Origin: Tubulanus polymorphus
Lineage: Eukaryota; Animalia; Nemertea
DNA length: 64,000 bases
Reading direction: 5' to 3'
Assembly: GCF_964204645.1 (NCBI RefSeq)
Contig: NC_134034.1
Location: 4,500,914-4,564,913, forward strand
The notes beneath the pieces were generated by a model, which made no database searches, was not told where the DNA came from, and worked only from the letters and a program-made list of their open reading frames with translations. How positions within the stretch are numbered: the first letter of the stretch is position 1; every line of letters starts with the position of its first letter. The translations under genes and the position numbers were made by a program. Below, one piece after another: positions 23,597 to 36,304 of the stretch.

Positions 23597-25077
23597 TTAA
23601 TTATTTGGCGATTTTTTTGCCAAACTTTTCGCAAAATATATACATGTATGTTTCAATTTGCAACACTTTTGTAATAAACTTAGTCTCACCAGTCATTTAT
23701 ACTAATAAATGACCTTTATCAATCAACTACATGTCTTGTTTATTTTGCTTCAAACAAAGCTCGTCGTTTTCCATTTCTCACGGAGCGGGGATATCATAAA
23801 TGTATCTGTAATTAATTTTCTAGTTTCATTCAATTTTCAGAGAATAATCTGTCTCATGTAGTATAGGTATAATTATTTTTATGGAATGTCATCCCTTACC
23901 TTTGTAAAGCCAAGCAAATCAGGGCTAATAATACGTATTACCTCTCTTATGATTGATATTCTGAGATATTCTTAGATCTTATCATCAATGAAATTACGCT
24001 CATCCAGTTTAAGGTGTGACTAACCTTAACATATAGAATACTACTTTGTGAAACTGTGTTAGTTGGAATGGAATGGGGTCCCACATTTTGAACGTAAATC
24101 GCCATACAGTTGTATTTCTTTATTTTTCCATGACCTGTAGATCTGGTCACTGGACGTAGCAAATACATCATGATTTGAAAAAAAACGTACTTTTCCTTTA
24201 TACATTATAGTATATGCGATAATAATATTCTTTTTGTGAATCAGTTTTGTTAATCAGTTTAGTTTAAAGCGTTAAAAATACATTCCAGTTTGTAATAAAA
24301 ATTGAAAACTGACTTATTTATGAAGGATTTAGGAGGCAAAATTGAGGACGCGGAAGTGGGCGTTTTGATACGGATGACCAATATGGTTGCCGTAGAAAAA
24401 CGGATTCTGCCGTAATTTATCGCCAGGTTTTCTGTTACGACATGGCTGCCCACGCCGTATATGAACGGGTCCGATCGTCATTCGACGGAATATTGTCGGA
24501 GGAAACAGGAAAAATCGCCGTCATCAAACGGTTGCTACCGTTTTAAAATGGATTTCTGTCGCTATTTATCGGTTAGTATCCCGTCTTAAGACGGCTGCAC
24601 GACCTTTTTAAACGGTCAAAGTGCCCGTTATTTGGCCGAAATCTGCCGTCTTAAAACGGTGAGGGATACCGCATAAAAACGGAACTAAAACGGTAGAATT
24701 TCCGTGTTACACTGCTGCATAGATTTTCACCGTTATTATACGGAAATATTTTTTACAGTGTTGTCCCTTCAATATTTTGTTTCACCATTTCCTACCTGGC
24801 AGAGGTGTTAATCACTAGTGAAATTTTATTCACGTGTTGTTTCAAGTTTTTTAGATTTTTATTAATCAATTACTTTACTTTCTTTTACGACCCTAAACTA
24901 ATGGGATTTGATAAAACGAATTGTTGAAATGTAATTGAAATTATTTTATTTTCATAATAATTTTACAAGAAAACTTTGTACTACAGAAGTAATTCATTTT
25001 AAACTCCACAATGAAAAATAAATTCATAAACTTTCATTGTATACAACGAGTTCAGTTAGTTATTTGTAGAAATACGA

Positions 25078-26382
25078 TTACGCATTCTCGTGTTCATCCC
25101 AGAGTTTATCAGTTAACTGTTGACGGATGAGACCTGCATTCCTTGATGAATCCCTGATAGATGGGCCATTAATCAAATGGAGGATATTTCTTCAATCTGT
25201 TCCCTAGGACACCGCTCATTGGTGTTAACATCAAATGCAAGGTCAAGTTTTTTTGGAAGTTGTGCCCCCACGATCCATACAAATATTGTGTAGAATTATA
25301 CAAGCAAGGGTTGTTATCCTGACGTTACAGGGTTCAAATTCCGATTTCCTCATTAAAACCCTCCATCGTCCTTTAAGTTGGCCATAAGCCCCCTCGATCA
25401 CCATTCTACCGCGACTCAAACGAAAATTGAAGTTTCTCTGTTCAGTCGACAAAACAGCGTTAGTAAGTGGTTTCATAAGCCAAGATTTAATAGGGAACGC
25501 AGAGTCACCCACAATAAGCGGGGGTATTCGCACACCATTCACATCAAAGTGGATATCGGGTAGAATGTCCCCATTAACAACATCATGCCAGAATTGAGTG
25601 GACTGAAGTATTATCCCATCATGGGAGTTTCCTGGGAACCCACATGAAGCCCACACAAACCGATACCTGGCATCTACTAGCGCCATGAGAATAACGGAAT
25701 AAAAGTTTTTGAAGTTATGATAATCTTTCCTTGCAATGCCACCACCACGTGGGGACCTGATGGGGATGTGGCATCCATCAACGGCTGCCCAGGTGTAAGG
25801 AACCTGCCATAGCTCCTCCATCTGTATTAGTTTTTCTCTGAAGTCTTGCTCACTCTCAGGCATACGACGGCCAACACATTCTTCCCACGTAGTCTCAACT
25901 AATACATTTGTGACATCCCTGGTGATATTTCGGACGGTCGGCACACCCAATCCCGTCATCTCGGATATTGTATAGAAATAATCACCGCGTGAGAGTCTAT
26001 ATAAAGCGATAGCTAATCTATGTTCTGGACTTATCGGCATTTCAGTCACAATTTCCCTTTTAAGACGGTGTTTAATTCGTTCTAATATATATGAGAATGT
26101 CCCTTTAGAAATTCTAAATGTTTTCATAAACCGCTTCTCACTGTACTCCTCTGAGGCTAGACTAAACCAGCCTCTATTTCTGGGCAATCTTCGACAGGAA
26201 CGTACTCTCGGAATCTGTTGATTTTCTGCATAAATCGCGGCAATTAAATTCAAAATCAATGCTCGTCGAATCCGGAACTGGTTTGCTAAAGCTATCATCA
26301 TGCGTACCGTCAATGAACGTCTTCGACGTGCTTGGTCTAGAATAATCTTGAGCAGTAACAGTCGTCTGTTTATAGCCGCCAT
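25078..26382 (-). pseudogene. Harbinger (HARBI1-like, DDE_Tnp_4) transposase, frameshifted near the C-terminus
   Basis: Motifs FRISKGTFSYI, AVDGCHIPI, YHNFKNFYSVILMALVD, GNSHD, GDSAFP, IEGAYGQLKGRWR and ACIILHNIC. The tail continues in another frame to TAA at 25078-25080. Confidence 0.92.
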
Positions 26383-26547
26383 TTTGCATTGTATGGCGCG
26401 TGTGTAACACATCCGTATAATTTGAATTACTCGGCTCGAGCTATAGTCGCGCTGAACGTGTCGTCGTCGGCTCGTCTATTGGCGCGACGTATAAACTGGG
26501 CATAATTTGATATTTGTGAATACATCACATATGGAAATTATGATATT

Positions 26548-29500
26548 CTATTCGGATGGCATTTGCTCTTTCAACACCAGATTTTTATCAACAATAGAGG
26601 TAGTTTTACAATTAGTTTACTTACTCCACAATTATACAATTGCACAGAGCACAAAATTATTTTACAATATACATTGCAACATTTAACATTAGAATGTATT
26701 AAACATTTGCGTATATACAACGCCAAGTTTTTAAGGGTTTGGCAATTTGAGTTCTACAAATTATACAACTTTACGTTATTGGGGAATCTCCAATAACGCT
26801 CCGGTAGGTATCTAGCTTTGGATTCCTGAAAGTACGGGCAGACGAGTAAAAAATGATATTCATCCCACCGCCTCTAAATCACACTTTGGCACAGCCTATT
26901 GACACGGGCAACTCCGCGCCACCGCCCAACTTCCACCGGTAGCATGTGAGCTGAGCATCTAAATCTACATAAAGTTAACCGGTCCCTAAGAGGATAATAA
27001 TAATAATAATAATAATCTTTATTTTTCAAAGAAATTGAAACAATTTATAACATGATATCCATACATAAATATAAATAAGTATAAAATGTGCCAATATCAA
27101 ATGAAGGAACCCAGTGAAGCAAATGCTAGTAGATCTGGGCACCCACTCTACACACACTCATTCTTCACAAGCATGCAGACATTCACAGATTCACACACAA
27201 CATACCAGTACAGTAAACATGGCTCAGATAAATGATTGTTTGAAATTCAGTATTTTAAGAGTTTATTGCTTTTAAATGATTGTTTGAGGGAATTTAGTGA
27301 TTTTTTTTATCTAAGGTTGTTATTGGAGTTTTGCCACATTATTGGAATTAAATTGAGGAAACTTTTATTATAAATGCTTTTCTTATGGTGAGCGTTTCGG
27401 GGAATATTGTGCTGACGAGTATTGTACTGATGATATACCGAATTCTTTTGAAAAAAGTCTATGATCGGTGCTGGTAGTTTATTGTTGATAAGCTGATGTG
27501 CGTGTCTAAGTATTTCTAACTGGATCATATCTTGGAATTTTAGAATTTTTAATTTGCGAAAGATTGGATCTGTGGGGCTATTGTATGCTGATTTAGAAAT
27601 AATTCGAACGGCCTTTTTTCTGTAATTTTTCTAATCTGGACAGGTTTCTTTTTAAGATAAGAGGGCCCCAGAGTACGTGAGTACGTAAAATGGCAATGGA
27701 TATAACTGAAATAAAGTTGTCTTAAACAATATGTAGGTACTAAATGTTTAACAGAGTTAATTAAATAAATTTGACTAGCTATTTGGTGCAGATTTTACTA
27801 ATGTGTAAATTGAAATCAAGAAACTCGTCTAAATGTAATCCAAGGAAGCATGTTGATGATACTAAATTAAGTTCCTTGTTGTCTACTTTTATCGTATAAT
27901 CTTGATTCTTAATATTTATAATTCTATTTGGTTTAAAAAGAATTACTTTTGTTTTAGAAATGTAAACAGTTAAATTATTAGCAGTAAACCAATCTTGTAG
28001 TATATTCAAGTCATTTTCAATGGTTTGTATCAGATAATCAATTGAGCTTCCACTGATATATACGGTCGTGTCGTCGGCGAATAAGATAGGTTTACATTTT
28101 TTCAGACACATGTGCATTTCGTTAATGTATACTAAAAACAGTAATGGTCCTAATACGGAACCTTGAGGTATACCGTAGTTAATGTGTGATATTTCAGATT
28201 GAATACTGGAGTTAATATACATTGAGCGCTTTTCTAGGTAACTTTTAAACCATGACAAAACATTTCCTCTTATACCATTAACATATAATTTATGAATTAG
28301 ATATTCAATATTTAGGCAATCGAATGCTTTACTCAAATCAATAAATGCGGCTAGTGTAAAACAGTTAGATTCAAATGATTTTATTATATTTCCTATTAGT
28401 TCCATGCTAGCATGGCTGGTAGCATGGCCAGTTCTAAAACCATATTGACTTTTATATAAGATAGAGTACTTAACCAAATAGCCATATAATCGCTTGTGTA
28501 TTATCTTTTCAAGAATTTTAGAGATGGTTGGCAATAGTGATATCGGTCGATAGATTTCAAAGCTCCTTTTATCGTCTCTTTTATAGATAGGTGTAACACT
28601 GGCTATTTTAAATGCATCCGGGAAGATTCCAGTTTCTATTGATTTATTAAAAATTGTAACAAGAGGTTTTGCAATTATGTTACCGAGAATACTACTAATA
28701 TTATCGTGACCCGCGGACGGTTTGAGATCAAAATTAGAAATTATTTTTTCAACTTCACTTTCATCCGTCGGAAATAAAAACAAGTTACTGCTATACATAT
28801 CAGGCATATAATCTTTGAAATCTGTTCTTGGTTTTGGAAGTTTTTTTGATAACTCATGACCTACAGAACTGAAGAATTTACAAAAACCATTACTAATGTC
28901 TTGCTTGTTATTACTTAATTTACCATTTATATTAAAGATATCAGGAATGCAATCTTTATTATTTGTTTTTCCGAGAAGATCTTTCATAGTTATTTGTTTT
29001 TCCGAGAAGATCTTTCATAGTGGACCAAAGTTTTCTACCGTTATTCCTAATATTAGTTAATTTTTCACTGTAGAATCTTTCCTTTGCTGCTCTTTTAGCA
29101 GAATTATAGGCGTTACGATATTTTTTATATTCAACGTAGTTCGGGTGGTTTTTATCAAGTCCGATAATACTTTTACACAACTTATTACATCTGCGGGAGG
29201 TAATTGAGTTAAATACTTTTCCATTTCGAAACGGCATTTGATTGTAAAATACGTAACAGCCATAGTGAAATCATTAAATCAGTGAGTTAATAAGTAAATC
29301 AGTAATCTCAGTTCAAGTATCAGACTCAAGTACGACTCAGACTTGTCGACAATGTCGAGTGAATATTCGCTAACATTTTTTAAAACAGAGAACATAGCCC
29401 GCTGCGCTTGGTTTGCCAACGCTTTTCGCCACTGAACAAAAGACCCGGCATGGGAGAATAGTATACCCAAATACCTATAGTTATATGCTAACTCAAACAC

Positions 29501-29760
29501 TCGACCGTTTATATTAAACTCCGGCGGGTTTCGGAGTCTTCGCTTCGAGAATATCACTACTTTTGTTTTTTTTCGCAACTTATTAGTAACTTCCATTCTT
29601 TACAATAAGTATGGAGGTTGTCAATCAATTTCTGAAGACCCTGTGGACGCTCGCTCATAAGTACTGTATCGTCTGCGTACATAAGGATCATCAATTTGAC
29701 CCATGCATCATTATGCATGCGCGGATTTAGGGAGGGACTATTTTGAACATCTAGATAGCC
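26548..29760 (-). mobile_element. RTEX-like non-LTR retrotransposon remnant (RT at 29280-29750, C-terminal CCHC region at 26700-26993), interrupted by a CR1-group LINE
   Basis: Motifs LMYADDTVL, KTKVVIF and YRYLGI. Joining across the insertion reads FEMEKYLTQLPLRDRLTLCRFRCSAHMLPVEVGRW...C..C...DEYHFLLVCP. Confidence 0.75.
26994..29196 (-). mobile_element. 5'-truncated CR1-group LINE related to the copy at 554-3571
   Basis: RT ORF 27779-28987 (YRPISLL, FIDLSKAFD, GIPQGSVLGP, FADDT). (TTA)n tail at 26994-27016. GAGG duplicated at 26990-26993 and 29197-29200. A 31-bp tandem duplication at 28959-29020 causes a frameshift. Confidence 0.9.
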
Positions 29761-30285
29761 TTCCAGATCTTCCAGATAAGAAAAATCGAAAAGAGCACGG
29801 GGGACAAATTTTCTCGAAATTATGACCTTGTTTCTCTTAATAGGCCAAGTCACTTTTGTAAAGGAAATTGCAATGGAATTTAGTCAGTCCATTTCTATAG
29901 CTTTGGAGTCTATCATGGTTACCCTGATCGTAGTTTTAAAAAAGGTACCGGCAATGTACAGGGTAGATAGGCAGTAGGCTGGGTCAACATCAAAGTTAAG
30001 CTCAGCAGAAAGGAGAAACGAGGTACCTATCTGTTAGCCTAATTGAGTTCAAGAAAATTTGCTTTTCAATTGTGTAACAGTACAATCTTAATATAGAATC
30101 TCAACCATATCATTTCCAAATAAGATGCATTAAGGAGGTATCTACTGATTACGAAAATGAAAAAGGTTAATGGGCACTGCACTATCCTAATTCACTGGTC
30201 GCCTTAACTACATTCTAATACAATATATTCATCACAAGTTGATGTAATTAAGCTTTTAAATTGCTTACGTGCTATTGATGCTTAA

Positions 30286-31093
30286 GGGTGCTCTCACGTT
30301 AAAAGTTGCCACCTTTTTTACACATTGCAATTTAGTTGTAATTTAGTTGCTCATTTAATACTGGTTACAATTTCTTGGAATTTGACTAGGTTTTAGAGAA
30401 CACGTCAGTGGACCTACATGCCAGATTTTGTGTAAATATCTTAATCTGGCTTTGAGTAATAGCTAAAAATTTGCAATTTCCCCTTTTTGGAATGACATTT
30501 CATATTTGTCCATCTCTTCGCAGTGGACTATCGTTAATAGTTTTCAATATCAAGTTGCTTTATAGTGTGCCTTTAAGCTGCCAATCCTAAATTTTTGAAC
30601 GCAAAAGAACGGTTTGTAAATTGATTCATTCGTTACAAAGTTACGGTCCAATATCTAAGTCTAACTCATTTCCGTCAGAATATATTCCAGCGAAGCCCTT
30701 ATGAAGTTGATCTACTATTTCAGCAGCAGTTGTAACTGTCTAACTGAAAACAGTCTTTAAGGCATCCATGAATGGAGTTCAGATGGCTTTAAAATATCTT
30801 TTTCATGTGCTCAACCGTTTGTATTTGTCAGCAGTTTCAGCCACTAACTCGAATTTCTGTCAAAAACTGTCCACTCCGACACATACCAATTTTCACTACT
30901 TTTGAAATTGTTATTAATACTTCCTGTGCTTATTCCTTTAGTGTGAGGTACCTCAAAAATACCCTAGAAGGATGTTTTGATTCATTAATAGTTGTCAATA
31001 TAATGACCCTCTTAAGTGTCAAATGTGATGTCCTCTCCGGGACACAGTTTGTCATTATTATTTTCAGACGGTGGAAATCGAAATTATATGATG

Positions 31094-31182
<89 letters not shown>

Positions 31183-32460
31183 AAAATATATTCTTATACA
31201 ACGGACAACAGTTATGTTATGATACCTTCCAAGTTGGCTCGATGATAAAACTGGCTTGAAATGCATTTATTTTATAGGGTTGAATAATCATTCAACTAAA
31301 CATATTAAATAAATTTTCGGCAACCTTTTTGGATGGATCAAATTGATTTTTTCTGTTTCGGAGATGACAAAATGTTATGACAAATTTTAACAATGTAATG
31401 AAAATCAACACGTGATACAAGCCAACACCTTCGCCATGGATACCATCACATTTTTAAACATCAACACTAGTTTTCAAGCAGTTTAGCACTATATATCTGC
31501 CAGTTGAATAGAAATATTGAATTTTTTGACTGGAGATATGGGTAGCACTCATGTCCTGTACTTGCTTCTTCATTTTACTTGCACGTAGTGTAGGATATAG
31601 TTTCTTTTACGATAGTGGTGTCTTTCAAAGCTGTGTTACAAACTTCATACTTATGACTTTGGATATGGATAAACTGGATATGGATATGGATAAACAACTG
31701 GTAGTGAAATTTCCCTGGTCGCTAAGACAAAGGAAATAGACCGTTAGTGAGCCTTCAGGGGGCTCAAACTATCGGCAGAGGCTTAAAGAAAAGTCTCCTG
31801 AAAGACACGAATCGTATCTCACATCTGATGCTGCACGGTAACGCAGGGAATATGTATCTATCGCTAATAGAAATGAAGAGGAAAAACAACAGCAGAAACA
31901 AAGGTGGGCAAGAATAAAATAGAGACAACGAAGCACAGGTATTGACAAAAATGAGCCACCAGCCAAGAAACTTAAAGAAATTTCAAAAGAAGAGAGTACT
32001 TCAAAATCAAAAAAGCTTAATCAAGAAAAAATAAATCACACCAAAAAAGAAATGTGAAAAAGTAAAAGAAACACAAAGAAAAAGATCCGCAATGAAAAGT
32101 TTGCCAAATGATGCAGCAACAAAATTCAGCAACAAAAGCAGTTACTCAATCACGCGCAGTCATTAGAAATCTAAAGGAACTTTATGAGTTCTGCTACCGT
32201 GAGCTATCAAAAGTTGGAAACATCGAGTTCAAATCTGCTGCGGAGAAGTATTTACAACAAATCTGCTACAGAGAAGTATTTACAGTCGAAGCAAAAGTTT
32301 TTTTTACGTTGAAAAGATCCGAAGAAACCTCACGGTCCCATTGCAAACTATAAAATGAACTTTGGCCATTCACTACGTGCAAGTTGTTGGTAGTGGACAC
32401 ATACGAACGCGTGTTGAGAATGGGCAGACCATCAATAACTCTACTTCCACTGGGTGCATT
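30286..32460 (+). mobile_element. Deleted DNA transposon remnant, possibly Sola2-like
   Basis: Candidate terminus TTAA-GGGTGCTCTCACG. Broken coding-like stretches at 31745-32450 (ATKAV...IRNLKELYEFCYRELS). Matching right end not found. Confidence 0.3.
31097..31178 (+). repeat. (TA)n microsatellite
   Basis: Read directly from the sequence. Confidence 0.97.
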
Positions 32461-32509
32461 GGAAAAATTAAAGAAGCTTATTTAGATAGGTGCTTTGCAA
32501 TTTACTCGG

Positions 32510-33365
32510 TATATTATATATTCCCTTCTTTAGACGAGTAGATACAAAATATACGTGTATGATGGTAACGGGAAAAATCCCACAATAATGAAGCCAATAT
32601 TGAAAAATTCTATATCAAAATGATTATATTTGAGGAGCGACGTTTCGGCTAACAATTGTTAGCCATCATCAGGCGTACCGAAACACTACGGAAGAAAACA
32701 AAGAAGGCAAACGACTGTAACAGTACTATAATCCGGTTCCTGAATTTCGCTGAAAAAGCTGAGACATTGAAACGCTGAATTTCAGGGAATGCCCGAAAAA
32801 CGCTGAAATTTCAGGGAATTCCCTAAAAACGCAGAAATCGTGCTAGGAACCGACGATACACGTTTTGAAAATTTTTCCGGGCCCGGTGTCTGCTGCCGAG
32901 TCTTAAACCGTGGTTGAGTTTTTACCGAATTTTCGGGTTATAGAGATATGCCTACAAGGTTGTCGTCTACGGCTCCGTTCAAGATTTTCAACTGGCATCA
33001 GACCACAATTAATAGCTTAGTAGCTCGAAGATGCGTAGGGCCGGACCGGACCCCAAAAATAGTAGCTAGAGTGAAGAAGAGGTCCCCCATAAATGTTGCT
33101 ACAATATCGGTAAATGGGATAGGTAACGAATTTCGGTTATATGAATGAAATCCAGCCGACAATTCGGCTCGGATGTACTGGCAAAAATGTACTGGGATAC
33201 CCCTCCTTTCTAAAGGTTCGATTATTTCAAAAGTAAGGTTGGGTATGTGGAGCAAAAAGCACTTCAATGCGTCGCTAAGATGCTGGCCTATGCCACAAGC
33301 AGAATTTCCTCTGAATTTACGCGCTTATATATGAACTAAACTCTCGAATTTCTTATTTTTTACTT
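32510..33365 (-). mobile_element. Penelope-like retroelement 3' remnant
   Basis: Degenerate GIY-YIG-like tail (SACGIGQHL...C...TFEII) upstream of a hammerhead motif. Boundaries approximate. Confidence 0.55.
32633..32678 (-). ncRNA. Minimal type-I hammerhead ribozyme motif
   Basis: Minus strand reads CTGATGA-T-GGCTAAC-AATT-GTTAGCC-GAAAC-GTC: conserved core, perfect stem II, palindromic ACGT mini stem III. Stem I is weak. Confidence 0.7.
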
Positions 33366-33921
33366 TAAAGGATATAGAAGATTTTGGAAAAGTGGTCTGA
33401 GCTCAACTTTTGATTGATTGATGGAGGACCTCATTTCCTTGACAAGAGCCGGAATATTCAGTTGAATCAGGAGGAACAATAATTGTTCAGGACACACTGT
33501 ATAACATGATTCTTACAAGCCAAAAATTAGTTCATCAATGTACATCAGTTCCAAAAACTACCATCATGCTTCCCCCAAATGGAAAATTAAATAAATAATA
33601 TTTGTCTTTATCTAATTACATTTCATTTGTCTGTGCATCATGATATAAATTGTTGTTGTTGTTGCATGTACCCGTGTGAGCTAACAATGAAGTTTTCACT
33701 TCATTTGAATAAATTCTCAATACAAAACTACAGTAATTCTAATTCTCAATAGTTTTTCTTATTGTTTGGTAATTCCTCGCAACTTCTCATTTCCATGTTT
33801 CATACAAGAATTAGTTGAACGAAAGAACAGTTAGGCTGAACCTGACAACCCATAATAAGTGCTAGCATCGAAATTTGATTATTTCGATTTCATTTTCGGT
33901 GTCATTGAAATTCGTAAATAA

Positions 33922-34367
33922 GGCCACACCAAAAAAACCTATTTCTCGGGCTCGACCGACCCGCTATTTCCCCAATTCAAATAATCATTTTCAGAATAAA
34001 ATATAATTTCCTATCGACCCTTTTTCAAAATTTTGGGTGAAACGACTTTTTACAATATTATACATGCGGCTGACCGACTACCAAACTCTACATTCTTGTT
34101 AATATTTATTTCTATTCAATCAAATCATGATGTCGGCACTAAGATCATCATCAAAAAATATTTTATTACTTCGGATTTAACAATTTGATTCTGGAAATGG
34201 TGCAGCCATACTCAGACAACTTTGCTAATCGGACATGATGGAGACCTTGTATTGTAAAATTCTTTTTTTCAATTTTTTTTCTGTATAAAAAAAAACAAAT
34301 TCCATATCTACATACCCATTTTGGTGATTGCCCCGCCAGGGAAACAGGATTTTTTTTCGGTTTGGAC
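33922..34367. mobile_element. PIF/Harbinger-type MITE
   Basis: TAA-GGCCACACCAAAAAAA ... TTTTTTTCGGTTTGGAC-TAA: imperfect TIR and TAA TSD. Confidence 0.55.
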
Positions 34368-35667
34368 TAAAGGTTCAACTGTCATTGTACTTAGCATAGC
34401 TTAGATTGGATTTCATATTTCTTCATTTTCTACAAGGAGTCTCAAAGGGTCGTCCCCAGGTAGAGGTCAAAACTTGGTTTACTTTCTCAACTTGCTGGAG
34501 ACTACCATCTGCATTCATGCCACGATTTGTCTGGCCTATGAGAGTCGAACAACATTTTCCCATACACAGGCTTGGCTTTAGTGTAGATAAGGCTAGACAC
34601 TGCACAATGTGGATTAACTGGAACTCGAAACACTCAAAATAAAACGAGCCATAAAGAAAGATCCAATAATTTAACGTTTATCTAACTATATTAATTTACA
34701 GCTTAAAATATACAATATACATTCTGCAAAATTTCACAAAAGATATCAGTTCTACATTTTATCAGAATCAAGCGTTAAAGCCACATATTCGCTTAGCTTG
34801 GGTTTGAATTCTGGTTCCATAGCCTCGTATTCTTTTACAATCCCCTTGGTTACCTCGGAATATCGCTTAACTTTAAAAGACTAAAAATTGAGTCCCAGGA
34901 AAACCAAGTAAAGTGGGGTATACTGTACGTCCGCTGTTGGCTTATTTTTCTCTGGTTGAATCAGATTATTACTGAAATAGCGTTTGAATAGCCATTTTAT
35001 TTTTATTTTATCTTTATTGTGTCGTTTAGCTATCCTGCTGCAAATTTCACAGTTGAAGTTCACTGGTGGCATCTGATTGCATGAAAATATAATCACTGCT
35101 ACAAGAAGTCTTTTCTCAGTATCTGTATGTCCATCTAAGCAAATCAACTTGGTCTATGATTCCTCCTTTTATAGTCTGAAAATAAGAATTGATACATTTT
35201 TCTAAGAGATGGTATGTCAAAGAAACTTGATAATTATCTCACCACAGCAACTGAATGATTCGCAACTGTTAAATTTATTCCATGCGCACGATAAATCAAA
35301 AAGAAATTCAGTGAGATCCCTTTTGTCCAAAAGCCGCATCATCATTATAACTAGCTATCAAATATAACTTACCTCCAGTCTCAAACAGAGTATACCACAG
35401 TTGCCCATAATCGTACGTGACCTGTTGACAAAAGAAAAGTGGCTATCATAATCATATTTTATATACATTTGAAATGTCCAAATAAGATTTGTTCGTCTTG
35501 AAGAATTAAACCACATTCTTGGAATATTCAACATAGTGTGATGGGTCTGTGAAATGAAAACAGAACCAAACCCAACATGTGGGATACGTTCCTACACCCT
35601 TGCCCCATTTATTACCCAACGTATTAGGTCCGAATCAAATATGAAATAGGTTATCAAGTTCATTGCT

Positions 35668-36158
35668 AGTAATAGGGGTAATGGGCTTTCAGGCCAAAGG
35701 TCGAAGGGTCGAGCTCATTAAAAAACAAAACATTAAAAGTAATTTAAAACTATAATATATTTTCATAACCGTGTGCATTTTATATTATAACTAAATATTC
35801 ATTCTAAGATATCAATAATTTAAATTTTAAAAGCATATTGTATTAAATCAATTGGTCGCTCCACTTCGCTACCGCTCCGCTCCGCGACCAATTGATTTAT
35901 TTACAATACACAAATTCATATAATCAAATATATTTTAATAATAATTATTATTCTATTATTCAACTGAAATGCACACGGTTATGAAAATATATTATAGTTT
36001 TAAATTACTTTTAATATTTGTTTTTAATGAACTCGACCATTCAACCTTTAACCTGAAAGCCTATTACCCCTATTACTCTTAAAATAATCATACATGAATA
36101 CATGTATTCATTATACATGAATAACATTTAAATTGACAGATTATTCAATATAAAAGTA
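35668..36158 (+). repeat. Polinton left TIR; 35668-36077 is itself a foldback
   Basis: Near-identical to the reverse complement of 57138-57606. An internal inverted copy of the terminus ends at 36077. Confidence 0.95.
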
Positions 36159-36304
36159 TATATTTACAACATTATTTCAATATTTATATTTGTATGAGTT
36201 AGATTTTTAAACATTAAAAGTGTTAGTAAAGTGTGATTGAAATAATACATGATATAAATCATTGAACTTCTAAAATCAATTTTAATAAAAAATTTAGTAT
36301 TAAA

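Larger units (their letters stand above)
8547..24760 (+). mobile_element. Complete EnSpm/CACTA DNA transposon copy 2 (16.2 kb including nested insertions)
   Basis: 12-bp TIR CACTGTAAAAAA (8547) / TTTTTTACAGTG (24760). 2-bp TSD TT at 8545-8546 and 24761-24762. AAACGG/CCGT-rich subterminal repeats. Contains a transposase and a second gene. Confidence 0.9.
7142..26502 (-). mobile_element. PIF/Harbinger transposon split by CACTA-2; left part displaced out of view by CACTA-1
   Basis: Two-gene Myb + DDE_Tnp_4 architecture. Candidate terminus ...GTATAAACTGGGCA followed by TAA (26503-26505). Confidence 0.7.

Noticed and set aside
30805-31266. ORFs with IYIYIY runs
   Set aside because: Translation of the (TA)n microsatellite.
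34750-35425. Minus-strand spliced host gene with the Polinton in an intron
   Set aside because: Good-looking splice sites exist, but joined frames hit stops and no domain is recognisable; at most an unidentified pseudogene.
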